Shown: positions 18,762 to 31,402, numbered from the stretch's first letter. The stretch: DNA of 64,000 nucleotides from Octopus vulgaris (GCA_951406725.2 OX597825.1:87792001-87856000), one strand, 5' to 3'. The notes: generated by a model not told the origin, from the sequence alone. Translations and numbers: made by a program.

Positions 18762-19168
18762 CTGTAGTTATTTGTATATGTAGGAATGTTATCAACGTTT
18801 GTATGTTTAGTGTATATATGTATAGTATTTTAGAATGTTTTTGTATAAGTAAATGTATGTGTTTTTATGATATTAGTCTTTGTGAATATTTTTTATTATA
18901 AACGGACATAAATTTAAATTCATTTTACCATTATTTAATTTACCCTGGGTATACAGGTTTTCCCCCTTCTACTAAAGCTAAGTTTAAAATTTTTTTCTTC
19001 CATTTTAAATAATGAATTTAAATCGTAATTTCTATATCAATTCCATATACCCGGTTATTGAAATGACCGTTAATTAAAAGGACTAATGAAACGAAACGAA
19101 TTTAAAATTTCTATCCTACAATGTATTGATATATAAGACCTTATTTTTTGTTCCATTCTCAACCAAAA
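16340..19168 (-). mobile_element. Penelope-like foldback: ~1-kb diverged inverted arms around a decayed GIY-YIG endonuclease
   Basis: The outer termini TTTTGGTTGAGAATGGAACAAAAAATAAGGT are perfect reverse complements (16340 / 19168). The arms align by eye to about 17390 / 18020. Confidence 0.8.
17530..17960 (-). pseudogene. PLE-type GIY-YIG endonuclease, disrupted
   Basis: Manual translation: CCPIRGKCLEKVIVYRAKI...KTYTRASENSFETRFYSHRNSFRY...SKYVWLLKEN...ISWTILEKAAPYKHG...RCNLGLSQRFFIL...LNQTREF...CRH, with stops and frameshifts. Confidence 0.8.
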
Positions 19169-20519
19169 GTATATAATACACAGGCATCTATGTAATATTT
19201 ATAGGAACCAAGATTATAAGTGTAGGAAGTTTGCAAGCTTCGAGCATTCCGTGCTAGGTATAAAAACTCCAACGTTCAAGAACAATAATTTCTTGGCATC
19301 GAAGGTTGTAGGCTTTTCTCACATCGAAGTTCGTTAATTTGAAAACGGTTATGCATAGTTAAAGTTTAGCCACTATAGTTACTATAAATGCGAATAAAAA
19401 TCTAAATTGAGGGAAATAAGTTAAAACCAGGTTAGCCAGCACTTTTCTTACTGACTGGTCATTTTATTTCTTCAACCATTTGTTTTCTTCAAGCATCTAT
19501 GATTTTCTTATATTTTGTTCTCGCTTCACCGCTCATTTCAAATCAAACGTTCTGTGAGTTAACTTGAGATTCCCAAACTACAATGTAACCTTCATATAAT
19601 CAAGCTGTCTTCGGTCTGGTGAGTAATTGGCTGAATAATTATGACGTCACAGGATTTGTTAGCTAGGAACCATATGTAGCCCGGATGCTGTCTGCTCCAC
19701 TCCCTCTACTGGATTCTATATGCATATAAGAAACCCATAAAATCAGGATGTGTGAAAATTGAATGTACATTTATTTAATCACGTGGGTTCCATATGATTA
19801 CAGCTATTGATTTCAATAGGCTAGAAATGATGCACATATCTGCATTAGTCTGTATGCACGTCATTATTATGCAATATAATTGTGTATTTACAAATTAATG
19901 TAGATAAACAAAGCTCGCCAGATCACTGGAACATCACAGTTCGTTGCTGTGTTCGCGATGATTCGCTGATGGAAGGCGGCACCAGCTTTATTTGCATTAA
20001 TGTAGGAATACTCTGTTGTTGTATATTGCTGAGCAGACAACATGCGAATGCAGTTGCGTGCGCATAGATTCCTCTCGAATGAAATTAATTTGAAATGAAG
20101 AACCTTTTGAAACTGCCGTAACGCTACGGAAGTCACGTAGTATGTACGCATGTGTGTGTGTGCGTGCGTGTGTGTGCGCGCGTGTGTGTGTGTGTGTGTG
20201 TGAATGTGTGTGTGTTTCGTAGCTTTTCTCTGACTATCTATTCTTCCTCCTTTACGTCCTCCTTGGACTCTTTCCTCTTTCCGAAAAAGAGCCATGTTCA
20301 AAAGCACCATTTCCACTCATATTTTTCCATCTAGAATCTTCTCTCAGCATCAATCTAATATATCCATTCTTTACGTCTAATTGACATTTTTGCCGTTTTC
20401 TGTTTCTTTACTTGCCGACACCTAGAGCCATCTACATAGCCATCTATCCATCTATCTAGCTTGCTAGAAAGCAAGCAAGCCAGCATGATCCTGTAAATCG
20501 AAAAAAGAGAGAGAAAGAG

Positions 20520-20805
20520 CACTTTGCTCTCATGTGTTCATTCCCGCCCTGCCTGAGGTTACCGTGGTCTTTTCCGTAGGCTTTTCTTTCCACTGAAAAA
20601 CCTAATCTTGCTTCTTATATTTCTAAAATTCTTCTGTGATACATGATCCCTTTTGATTGCCATTTTTTTCTCCCAATCCCTTTTGATCGGAATTCTACTT
20701 TTGTTTCCTTTTTTCCCCCCTTTTTCGTTTTCATTTTCGAAAAGAAAAGCTCTACATTTGTAGTTGTCCCCTCTGTGTTCAGCCCTGTGTGGCCAATAAA
20801 GGAAG

Positions 20806-20806
<1 letters not shown>
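20520..20806 (+). mobile_element. 3'UTR fragment of a non-LTR retroelement
   Basis: T-rich stretch ending TGTCCCCTCTGTGTTCAGCCCTGTGTGGCCAATAAAGGAAG, followed by (TATC)n. The tail is homologous to those of the ORF1-only elements and the SINE at 63580. Confidence 0.6.
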
Positions 20807-20843
<37 letters not shown>

Positions 20844-21049
20844 CTTTCTTTCTTTCAAGGTTTAGAGCCCAAATGAGGTGGCGATACTGCGGTGCCGCCT
20901 CTGTATCATTATCTGTTTCTAAATGGTTGGCTTTGGGTTGGAAGTTATTAGTAAATACGTGGTCTGATTAATAACTATCAGGCTTGTCGACATAGTAACG
21001 AAGCTAAAACATGAATAGTGAAGCCACCTGCAACACATCAACTTGATCT

Positions 21050-21702
21050 CTGCTCTGTAGCATGTATTCGTCCCATTGACCATGACAGAGAAAGTCGAGC
21101 CGAGAAGCTGCATCGAACTTTTGTCAAAAGCTTGGCGATACCTGCTCAGAGGCCTAAGCAAATTTTTCAAAGGGTTTTCATTGTTCTCTACGCAATGAAG
21201 AAGATCTTTGGCAGCTGGAACGCTATTGTGTCTTTGGTGAGTTGAAAGCAGTTTTGGCCCCAACTTGGCAGATATGCGCCTTACACCCAAATCGTCAGTG
21301 ATAACAGACAGAACTGAACCGTAGCTAATCTACACATACTCTGATAATACGTGGATGGGGATTCGACAATATCCCCCCACCACATCTGCACGCATATCTG
21401 CAATGTTCTTTTTAGTTGTGCTGCTTGCAAGTATCCCAGAACGTTCGTCATTATCGACAATTTTTTTGGCCATCTTGGAAACGTCTGAAACAATCGTACA
21501 CTTGTATGCAGCTGATGATCAATGCAACGATTATACGTTACACACGTTAATCCGAAGCACTGCTGTAAGCAGCGGAAGTGAGCTACAAGTTCAAACTAAG
21601 TCCACATGCACAGCAAAGGTTAACATCAATCTGTGCTATGTGGATTCACCTTCCGTGCTTTACTATGGCTACTGTCCGGATACTTATTGATCAGACCTAT
21701 CA
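21050..21702 (-). mobile_element. Mariner-family transposon remnant (5' half)
   Basis: Translates DLGVRRISAKLGPKLLS..QR......AKDLL.CVENNENPLK (WVPKLL-like linker). A terminus-like AGGTCTGATCAATAAGTATCCGGAC lies at 21676-21700. Confidence 0.75.
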
Positions 21703-21712
21703 CTCTCTGTCA

Positions 21713-21768
<56 letters not shown>

Positions 21769-21769
<1 letters not shown>

Positions 21770-22492
21770 CAAGAAGGTCGATATACCTCGTAGGATGAGT
21801 TCCTGGATCTTAAGAACTTTCCGGTCCAGAGAACAAGGTGTCATCATACCACTTTTCTCCTCCTTTGTACGGCCACACCTTGAATACTGCTGCCCACTGT
21901 GGTCTCCCCATACAAGACAAAACATCTCCAGAATTGAGTCACCCAGAGGGCACTCACTAAACGAGTTGAAGGCATGGCTGCTCTCGATTATTGGGATCGC
22001 CTTAAAGCCTTGGAACTCTACTCCCTCCAGCATCGCCGTGAGCGGTACATCATTTGTACGATGTGGAGAATATACCGCCAACTTTGCCCAAACGACCTTA
22101 ACATTAGCTTCAAGGTTCATCCAAGACTGGGACCACGGGCCATACGTCCCCTGCCCAATTCAAGATCACAACATACATGTACACTGCAACATAATTTCTT
22201 TTCCTCAACAGGCCCTGCCCTATTTAACATTGTCCCGAGGGAGATCAAAGAGGAAAAGGATCCCATCAACTTTAAACGAAGTCTGGATAGATTCCTTCAA
22301 AGAATACCAGATAAGCCACCCATAATTGGATACAACTCACCCAACAAAAACTCACTACTTGAACAAAACTTGACTTAAACAAAACTTGAGTTAAACAGGA
22401 TTCGAATAATCCTATCCTGTGGTGCTATTAAGTTAGACATGGCCTGGAGCAATCTTTGGTCGAAACATATCTAGGTTATCTAAGTTATATAA
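21769..22492 (+). mobile_element. CR1-group LINE, 5'-truncated copy 3 (diverged subfamily, one frameshift)
   Basis: Translates RRMSSWILRTFRSR...RPHLEYCCPLWSPH and [14 protein letters not shown]...FKRSLDRFLQRIPDKP. Has the same 3' motif GTGGTGCTATTAAGTTAGACATGGCCTGG. The 5' flank is (CT)n(TA)n. Confidence 0.9.
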
Positions 22493-23369
22493 CTGTCTCG
22501 AGAAAGAACTCATATACCAGGCTAAGAGTACAGACCCTAACCGAACAGCAAAGACGTAGCTCGGAATGACGGACAAGGAAATATATGCACAATGTCTAGC
22601 GTTATTCAGAGACAAAAGCAAAAATCAAACATGCAACATCCCTGTCAAATATGATATGGACATTGAAAGATGGAATAAGCAGCCCCCAGATCGAATGGAA
22701 AATTAATGTTACAACCCCCCCCAAAAAAACATACAAAGGACGGGGTACGAAATGTGAACACCATATTACTGGAGAATCAAAGATTATACAATCAACAGAT
22801 AACATCCTAAAAGTTCGGGGTGAAACCTTCTTCTCTGCCTACACAAGCAATATTTTATACTCAAATATTTCAAAGAAGATTCGCTGTCTGCGAAGGTAAC
22901 CTCACCGGGACAGCCCCTTTCCTAAGCGTCTAAGCACATATCCTACAAACTTCACACAAACAGAAATATGCCCTAATGACGAACTACCTCAGCACACATG
23001 TATAAGAACACCATGTCCAGAACAAAAACAAAATAATGCGAACAAATTGACCGCAAGAAACAAAAGTTGCCCAAAAGACAAATCCAAGCGAGACACACAT
23101 CCGAAAGATGCTACCCAAGATTAACGGCCCTTCATTGATTGATTTATGCACGTGAATTTAAGAGAACCTCCGTGAACTAAAGAAGGCTGCGTTTTACAAA
23201 ATGGAGGCGAATACCTTTCGCCATGTGATCGGCTTGAAAGATTGTTAAAAGTCTAGGATAATTTCCACTTTCCTTAACATAAAACCAATGGTCACCTTAA
23301 TTCACAAATAAAGAAATTATAACCACCAATGCGGTGTTGAGCACTCATATTCATCGTTCGACATTTACG

Positions 23370-23370
<1 letters not shown>
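22490..23370 (+). mobile_element. Penelope-like 3' fragment (decayed GIY-YIG + downstream non-coding region)
   Basis: Translates NCLEKELIYQAKST...KT*LGMTD...FRDK...HATSLSNMIWTLKD...IEWKI...KC. The right boundary is approximate. Confidence 0.7.
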
Positions 23371-23438
<68 letters not shown>

Positions 23439-23576
23439 GTGTGTGTGTGTGTGTTCTAAAGGTCATCGCCTGATGATGGATGATTACAGTAGAGGTTAGT
23501 GTGATATTATTTCTGCTTTTTTCTCAGTTGAAAGATGACTAGTAAGTAAATGGATGATTTGTACTCATATCGAAGA

Positions 23577-23880
23577 AGGCGTTTGGCTGAGTGGTTAAGG
23601 GCATTCGGCTCAAGATCGTAAGGTTGTGAGTTCCATTTCTGGAACTTCTTGGGCAAGACACTCTATTTCACGTTGCTCCAGTTTACTCAGCTGGCAAAAA
23701 TGAGTAGTGTCTGTATTTTCAATGACCAACGATGTCACATTCTGTGCCTCGCTGAATCTTAATGGGAACTCCCTACATGGTACGCGTGTTTGTGGAGCGC
23801 TCTGCCTCTCGCACGTTAATTTCACAAGCAGGCTTTTCCTTTGATCTGGATCCCTCGTCGTAGGCGACGGAGTACCAATC
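23577..23880 (+). mobile_element. tRNA-derived CORE-type SINE
   Basis: A box TGGCTGAGTGG, B-box-like GAGTTCCATT, CORE-like TTGGGCAAGACACT.TATTTCAC. Confidence 0.75.
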
Positions 23881-24198
23881 TCCTATATGCTTGTGATATG
23901 TTCATCAATGGAAATGTTAAATCAACAACTGATATGAATGTTTGAGATATATATCATTTATAAATGTCTTTATACAAGCACAAATACGTTGCACAACGTA
24001 TTGTTTTGTAAAGGTTATTTACACTCTGCTTATAAATTCTAATCCAAATAGGGATTAGTATAAACAGGCCCAGTCCCTCACACACATGCATTCACTTCTC
24101 ACACATATGCACATATAAACACTCATACATGCATTTACATATTCACATTGGCGTATTTATGTTTATACTTGTACGTGACGTAAGTATATACACACAGG

Positions 24199-24229
<31 letters not shown>

Positions 24230-26254
24230 GTGTGTATATATGTGTGTGTGTGTGTATCGGTTGTGCATGTGTGACCTAATTTTCTGATAACATTATTGCT
24301 CAACTTTACCGCTGATAACTGAAATGTCAGATAATGTTACATTTTATTGACATTGTTTAGAAATACGACCACAAAGCAATATCTCAGGACTTGATTGATT
24401 GTGGTGGAGATGAGGAGGGGGAGGAGTGTTCGGAGAATGATTTATTTTTTTTTTTGCTTTCGAGAGCTGGATATAAGTTTTGATCAAGCAATGATAGATC
24501 AAAGATTTCTATCTAAGTGCACTTTGTTTTAAGACGATATATCCAAAAGAATTGCACCAACTATTGTGGCATTGCAGTTTTAAGACAGTAAAATGAGGTT
24601 CCAGAGAAACTCCGGAACTGTTTTACAGAGGTCGACGCGTGTAGAGGCAGCTACCTCATTTACGTCAGGACCTTATTGTTTCTAGTGCAAGAGAAGGGAC
24701 ATGAATTTGGCGGTCGGTCGGGTGGCGTTTAATCAGTAGAATTACTTCTATTGGAAACATTATATGAACACCGAGGGGATAAAAAGGGGCCTCCGCCGTA
24801 TTTGAATTTAGGCTATATAAAGCCGGAACAAAGACCTAAAATGTATTTTGTTCGACACTCTGCTTGCCAATGGATGAACATCGCCCGGGAACCGGTAAAG
24901 TCTGAAGTAAAATCGTTCTGCTGCTGCTGCTTACTCTAGACTTAGTTTAACTAATCACAAAAATAAATTATTGTGAAACCATTCTATGAATTGGGTGCAT
25001 TTTATTACTGTTTTCGCTCTTATTTCCTTATATATATATATGTATGTACATTTTTTTAAACGAATGTTAGTATTGCTTACGGGAGTAATGTTTGTACATT
25101 CATTTCTGCGCAATCGGCACTACCAATTTGATTTCAGGAATGTATATGTTTGTCGCAGAAAGGTAATTTGAAAAGAATTTCATCTATTTTTGTTTTTATT
25201 CCTACACACAATGTAAATCGCATTTTTTCCATTCCTTAATTCCAAATTGTCTGTATTGTGTTTGTGACGAAAGAGTGGACGAAATTACGAGTAAAAGCGG
25301 ATAAAATTTTTATATATTTATTTTCGGTTCCTTGAAATTCAGAAAATAAAAGTAAGAATCATTGTAGTTACTCACAGAAGATTCTTAAGAATTGTGTTTT
25401 CTTTAGGTTTGCTATATAACCATCTTTGTAAAGGGACAATTCAGGAACTGTTTGGCTACTCTAAGCTGATTGCATTTAATTCTAAGCAATTTCTTTCATT
25501 GTTTTCATTGTGATATTTCGCTTAACACGTTTTCCTTTGCAATTTAATCTAATCGGTTTTCTTAAATCGCATTCTTTGCTTGGACTGAACCACTTTAAAT
25601 ATATTTGTTTTTCTAAGCTAGAAGTTAATTCAAAACAAACAAATTTTCATGAAAATTTGCAACTTTTCACAAAACTCATCATTAACTTTAATATTCGATT
25701 TTGTTTGTTTTAAGTTTTTCTTAAGTTGAAGTAAACTTGCCTGAGTGGGGTAAGCAGCACTTTTAGAATATGCCTTATATTCAGATGAATTAGATGTTTT
25801 CACACACTTGCACGTATACACAACACATGCACAATGGTACACATGAAAGCGCACACAGACATAGAGAGTACGCACAACGTTGCGGGCATCGGGAACAGTG
25901 AAAGAAATTTTAATATTACAAAGATTTGTATTTGAGACCAATATAAAATTATAGGCACTTCTTTGCGGTAATTTAGATGTGTAGAAAAAAAAAGCTGCGT
26001 TTCCTGGGGGACAGTTCCATAGTTTTTTCTCCGCTGCTCAAAGGACACTACTTACTTTCTTTGGCCATCCTATACCAGACAATGTGTAGACACAAAGCTC
26101 TCATGAATTAAGCAGCCAGAGAGGGGGGGGGTAGAATAAATGGAAGGCTACGCGTTTTTCAGTCGGTCATTAACGAAACAATATCTTTCATTCGCAAACT
26201 ACTATATAAGTGAAAACAGCATAGATATATCCAAATATTAAATAAAGATTAAAG

Positions 26255-26290
<36 letters not shown>

Positions 26291-26442
26291 CAACATAAAA
26301 ACTGGCCGAGTGAAACTTATAAGAATGAAAAGGTATTACAGTTATACTTTGCTGTGCGGGAAAAAGACTGCACCGTATCAAGCATATCATTTCACGGTTG
26401 ACCGCTCATAAAGAATGTAACCGCTTTCGACTGGCACTATAC

Positions 26443-26492
<50 letters not shown>

Positions 26493-26515
26493 CTGTCTGT
26501 CTATCTATCTGCATG

Positions 26516-26582
<67 letters not shown>

Positions 26583-27283
26583 CAGTGGGTGGGTGCGCGC
26601 GCATGTGTGTGTATACGTAATTTTCATAAAAAACTGCTGGTAAATTTATTATAGATTAGCACTCGCGTATGCTTTGACCAAAAAAAATTAAATTTAGTTT
26701 ATGGTCTAATGCTTCGGAAGTAATAGAATGGTTTATTGATGTTAACGGTAAAAAACGTAGCAAATTCATTCAAGTTGTTATATCTAACTGTTACACCTCT
26801 ATTAACCCTATCATACTTAATAAAACGTTAATGTTTGCGATGAGGATTTCAGATTTCTCAATCAAGTTGATATGCTAACGGCTAGTGAAACTATAATAGA
26901 ACTAGAAGAAAAGAACTAGACTCGGAAATTTAGATCAGATAAGTTTGACATTACGAGAGAGTTCTCTGATACCGCCAAAGCATTACACTGAGTACAGATG
27001 TATATTCTTCAATGTAGACATCGTGAATAACCGCATTGGATGTGGGACAATATAGGGATGGCTCTCTGTTTACTCTTTATAGGTATTCTAAATTAAAAAA
27101 AGAAAGATACAGAAAGAACTGTTTAAACTAAAGATCTTTGTTTTTCTATCTTTATTGAAAGTAAAAATATCAAAATTCTTCGAAATCATTTTACTCTCGG
27201 GTACCGAACCAAACCCGCCATACCATGAGCGAATGAATTTCTTTGGTACGTAGGTAAAAATTCTAATTATTCTAAAGTGTGTG

Positions 27284-27344
<61 letters not shown>

Positions 27345-27372
27345 TATATATACATATATGTGTGCGTACGTG

Positions 27373-27416
<44 letters not shown>

Positions 27417-27699
27417 TAGCATTAAAGACCCGTCGTTGTCGGGTCATAGTGCTAGTGCATGTATATATGTGTATATATATGTGTACATATTACATGTACA
27501 TCTATATATATACATCTACACATAAAATACAAAATACAAAGTTATATCTTGATATCGCTAGTGATAACAATACTCAAATTATATAAGAGACTGGAATTGT
27601 TAGCCCGTCTCTTGTAATTTAGATCAATTGTATCTTGTCCTCCCTCTTGTATAGAAGTGTGGCTACAATCCAGCCTACCTCTACTTCGGGGGGGAGGGG

Positions 27700-27908
27700 G
27701 GCATTTAAATTTTTTTCCGGGACGTCCTACGCCCGAGATATAAAGGTAAAAATAAAATATTTCCACTTTGCAAGTTCGAATCGAGTACTCCCTTGCACGC
27801 TCCGTTGATTCGAACCTTGCTTCTATTGTGGCGAATTTACCGCCTCTGATTAGATACCTTTCATAGTCGCACCAAGACACTTTTCGAAGGTGCTTTCCTC
27901 CATGTTAT
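27700..27908 (-). pseudogene. Decayed ORF1 homolog, part downstream of the insertion site
   Basis: NMEESTFEKCL, YLIRGGKFATIEARFESTERAREYS and LPLYLGRRTSR align with INMEAIEEAF, YMTKGLEYGTITVQFKSEKAARNIA and FPSYLNRKTTR of the intact ORF1s. Confidence 0.7.
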
Positions 27909-28052
27909 TTCTTTATTACCCACCAGGGGCTACGAAGAATGGCGGACATAACAAAACATGGGGGACATAGAACAATATGATTAAATTTATGAGCAAATGA
28001 AAATGAAAAAATGATAATATGAAAGCGATGCTAACGGCCCCCTCCGCCAGCA

Positions 28053-29416
28053 TCACTTACCTGTCCTTTTGTTTTCACTGTCACCTGAATGTTCATTCCC
28101 AATACGAAGACCATCCATATCCATTCTTACTCCGAAACTGTCCTCCATATATTCCACGAATTCATCGCTCATTCTTGTATCTTTCACCTCCCAATTCTCC
28201 CTTTCACACCTCAACACAAACTCATCTATATTCTTCTTTTCCAGCACTGCATATCTGGTCCCATCCATTTCATACCATTCATACTCCTCCATTACCCTTG
28301 TAACTTCTTTCTGTTCAGTCACAATATAAATGTTCGGCCTGGGTTCGTTTTCAAACTCTTGTCTGTCTGTATTGTTATTTTTCTTTTGTTTCTTGTTGGA
28401 GAGGAGCGGGTGGGTTCACTGTCTGCAGGGGAAGGGTGGGATTCAGAGGGTGCGGGTGGTGTTGGGGTGGGTTGGGGCTTCGCACAGTTTTTCTTTTTCT
28501 TTCTTTTTCTCTTTTTTCTTCCTTCTTCCCACTCTTGTTGCATCTCTTCTTCTTCTGTCGTTTCTTTTTCCGTTTGGTTCTCTTTGGTTTCTTCCTCTTT
28601 TGGGGCTTCCGCGACGATTTCCTTTTCTTTTTCCTTTGGTGGGGGAGGGCAGTAGGCTCTTATGTGACCCCTCAGGCCACACTTGTAGCACCTGGGCGCC
28701 CTACCCTCCACCCACACTCTCATAATAATATTTCCAGTTTTTATACTGTCCGTAAGCTTTTCTATAACTTCCGCCTCCGTCTGTATGTTCATTACTAGTG
28801 TGGCACCTCTCACGCCTTCATATTTCATAATGGCGTGGAGGATGTCCACTTTATCTTCATTTCCTTTGATAACCGCAGCCGTTATTAATTCGCCCTCTAG
28901 GTGTGGAGGTATTCCTTCCACCCTAATTCTGGTGGTCTTTCTATTCAAATACGAGGGGAACAAGTAAAACTTTTCTGTACTCACCACCTTGGCTGCTATA
29001 TTCCTGGCTGCTTTCTCACTTTTAAATTGTACCGTTATGGTTCCATATTCTAATCCTTTTGTCATGTACACAATTTCTTCTCCTGTCTGTTTGAAAGCCT
29101 CTTCAATTGCTTCCATGTTAATCACTTCCATTTTTCTACCTCTATTCATAAATACTTTATATTTAATGGTTCTACGATGGAACCAGTCTCCGCGCCCTGC
29201 TAGAGGGAACAGCTCAACCTCTCCGTTCTCCTCCTCCTTCATGAACTCCTGGAAGTCCGTCAACTTAGCCAGGTCTATCTCTTTTTCTGTTGACTTCTTC
29301 GTTATACCTGCGTAGGTGCTTTCCATTTTTTTCACTGCCAACTCCTCCTCAGATGTCGACGAATTTTCAGAGAAATTTCTCCCTTCCATCTCATCCGTTT
29401 GGTAGAGGCGGCTCAT
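28053..29416 (-). pseudogene. L1/Tx1-type ORF1 (RRM-like + CCHC knuckle), unit A, one frameshift near 28340-28400
   Basis: Likely ATG at 29416 (MSRLYQ), position-homologous to the starts of units B and C. Contains CYKCGLRGHIRAYC. The C-terminal 89 aa continue in ORF 28053-28322. Confidence 0.8.
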
Positions 29417-29456
29417 AGTCGCCTCCGACCGAAAAACGGCCTCCCGAACAGAAAAC

Positions 29457-29510
29457 GTGCGACGCACAGAACCAGTGCGACGCACAGAACTAGTGCGACG
29501 CGAAACCGCA
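29457..29510. repeat. Three tandem 18-bp CpG-rich units in the unit A 5'UTR
   Basis: GTGCGACGCACAGAACCA / GTGCGACGCACAGAACTA / GTGCGACGCGAAACCGCA. Confidence 0.85.
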
Positions 29511-29769
29511 CCAACCGACGTTCCAATTCCGCAACCACAATTCACTTTTTGTTCTTTTTTCTTTTTTAACCGAATTTTACAGAGCGCCAAAAAACGCGAC
29601 CTTTTTTCTCTACATTGTATTTCTTTATTACCCACTAGGGGCGACACAGAGGGGGACACCAAAAGACATGGGGACAAAGAACATTATAATTAAAATTTAT
29701 GAAAAATGAATTGTTAAGTGAAAGAAAATGATATTATGAAAGCGATACCAGCGGCCCCATCCGTCAGCA

Positions 29770-31188
29770 TCACTTACCTGTCCTTTGTTTTTCATCGTCC
29801 CTTGAATGTTCTTTGCCAATACGAATAAATTCCATATCCATTCTTACTCCGAAATACTCATCCATATTTTCCACGAATTCATCGCTCATTCTTATATCTT
29901 TCACCTCCCAATTCTCCCTTTCACACCTCACCATAAACTCCCCTATGTTCTTCTTTTCAATCACAGCATACCTAGTCTCACCAACTTCATACCATTTATA
30001 CTCTTCCATTAGACTTTTAACTTCTTTCTGTTCAGTCATAGTACAAATGTACGGCCTGATATCGAATTCAATCTCTTGTCTGTGTGTGTATTCTTTTTTT
30101 TCTTTTGTTTTCTTGTTGGGGGAGCGGGTGGGTTCAATGTCTGCATGGATAGGGTGGGACTCAGAGGGTGTGGGTGGTTTTGGGGTAGATTGGTGTTCCA
30201 TAGTATTTTCTTTTTTTCCACGCATTCTTCTCTTCCTCTTATTTCCAGCTTCCTTCCATTTCTGTGTATTCTCTTCCTCTGTTTCCTTCTCCTCTGGTTT
30301 CTGCTTCTCTCTCTCTGGTTCGGAATCCATTTCTTTCCCTGGGGGAGGGCAGAAGGCTCTTATGTGACCCCTCAGGCCACACTTGTAACAACGTGGAGCC
30401 CTGCCCTCCACCCACACTCTCATGATCACGTCTCCCAGTCTGATGCTTTCCGTCAGGTCCACCAGTACCTCGGTCTCTGCCTGTACGTTCAGCTCCACTG
30501 TTACGCCTCTCCAGCCCTCGGACTTAACCGAGGCATGGAGAATATCCACTTCGTCCTCGTGGCCGCTGATCACAGCCGCCACAATCCATTCTGCCTCCAC
30601 GTTTGGTGGCACTCCCTCCACCCTTATTCGTGTAATCCTCCTGTTTAAATACGTAGGTAATAGGGTTACCTTTTCTGACTTCACCGGCTTCGCCGCCATC
30701 TTCCTCGCTGCAGACTCAGTTTTGAAATGCACAACTACGGTACCGTACTTGGATCCTCGAGTCAGAAAATTTATTTCCTCCTCAGTTCTTCGCAGGGCCT
30801 CCTCTATCCATTCCATGGTTACAACTTCTGCCCTCTTCCTTTCGTTTGCGAACACCCTGTAACTAATGGTCCTCTTATCATACCATTCTTTTCTCCTGGG
30901 TGTCGGTGATAGTTCCACCTCACCGCTTTCCTTTTTCATGTATTTCTGGTAACTTGGCAACTTGGCCATGTCTACCCCTTTCTCTTCCACCTTCTTGGTT
31001 ACACCGGCATAGGTATAACCCAGCTTCTCTTCCAAATTCCTTGCTGCCATTTCTAGCTCTTTCTCAGACGTAGGCAGGTCTGATAAAGACTCGAAAATTC
31101 CAGCCTTTTCTTCCATCAGCTTCATTGCAATTGCCTGTTCCAGTTCCTCATCTGTCGTGGACAAGTCTGTTAGAGACTCATAGTCCAT
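29770..31188 (-). CDS. L1/Tx1-type ORF1-like nucleic-acid-binding protein, unit B (472 aa, intact)
   Basis: Acidic coiled-coil-like N-terminus, TYAGV motif, RRM-like RIRVEGVPP region, CX2CX4HX4C knuckle, K/R-rich NLS-like stretch and a conserved C-terminal domain. The unit spans ~29621-31253. Confidence 0.88.
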   Translation of the reverse strand: MDYESLTDLSTTDEELEQAIAMKLMEEKAGIFESLSDLPTSEKELEMAARNLEEKLGYTYAGVTKKVEEKGVDMAKLPSYQKYMKKESGEVELSPTPRRKEWYDKRTISYRVFANERKRAEVVTMEWIEEALRRTEEEINFLTRGSKYGTVVVHFKTESAARKMAAKPVKSEKVTLLPTYLNRRITRIRVEGVPPNVEAEWIVAAVISGHEDEVDILHASVKSEGWRGVTVELNVQAETEVLVDLTESIRLGDVIMRVWVEGRAPRCYKCGLRGHIRAFCPPPGKEMDSEPEREKQKPEEKETEEENTQKWKEAGNKRKRRMRGKKENTMEHQSTPKPPTPSESHPIHADIEPTRSPNKKTKEKKEYTHRQEIEFDIRPYICTMTEQKEVKSLMEEYKWYEVGETRYAVIEKKNIGEFMVRCERENWEVKDIRMSDEFVENMDEYFGVRMDMEFIRIGKEHSRDDEKQRTGK

Positions 31189-31402
31189 TTCCTTCTGTCT
31201 GACAGACCGAGAACGGCCGCCAAAACAGAAAAAGTGTAACGCGCTGAACGAGCTTTTTCTTTATTACCCACTAGGGGCGACACAGAGGGGGACACCACGA
31301 AACATGGGGACATATAACATTATAATTAAACTTTATGAAGATGAATTGTTAAACGAAAAAATGATTAAATGAAAGCGATACCAACGGCCCCGTCCGTCAG
31401 CA

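Larger units (their letters stand above)
27908..29600 (-). mobile_element. ORF1-only retroelement, unit A
   Basis: CpG-rich 5'UTR, ORF1, then a ~145-bp 3'UTR ending CCCCTGGTGGGTAATAAAGAAAT. Confidence 0.8.

Noticed and set aside
23460-23545. CTGATGA...GAAA hammerhead candidate
   Set aside because: I could not form stems I and II.
23577-23650. tRNA gene (also 52470-52545, 63580-63665)
   Set aside because: A/B boxes are present but there is no full cloverleaf, and each continues into a SINE body.
29417-29677. N-terminal 87 aa of the 452-aa ORF call
   Set aside because: It starts inside the 3' tail of unit B and crosses the unit A 5'UTR. The homologous start is the ATG at 29416.
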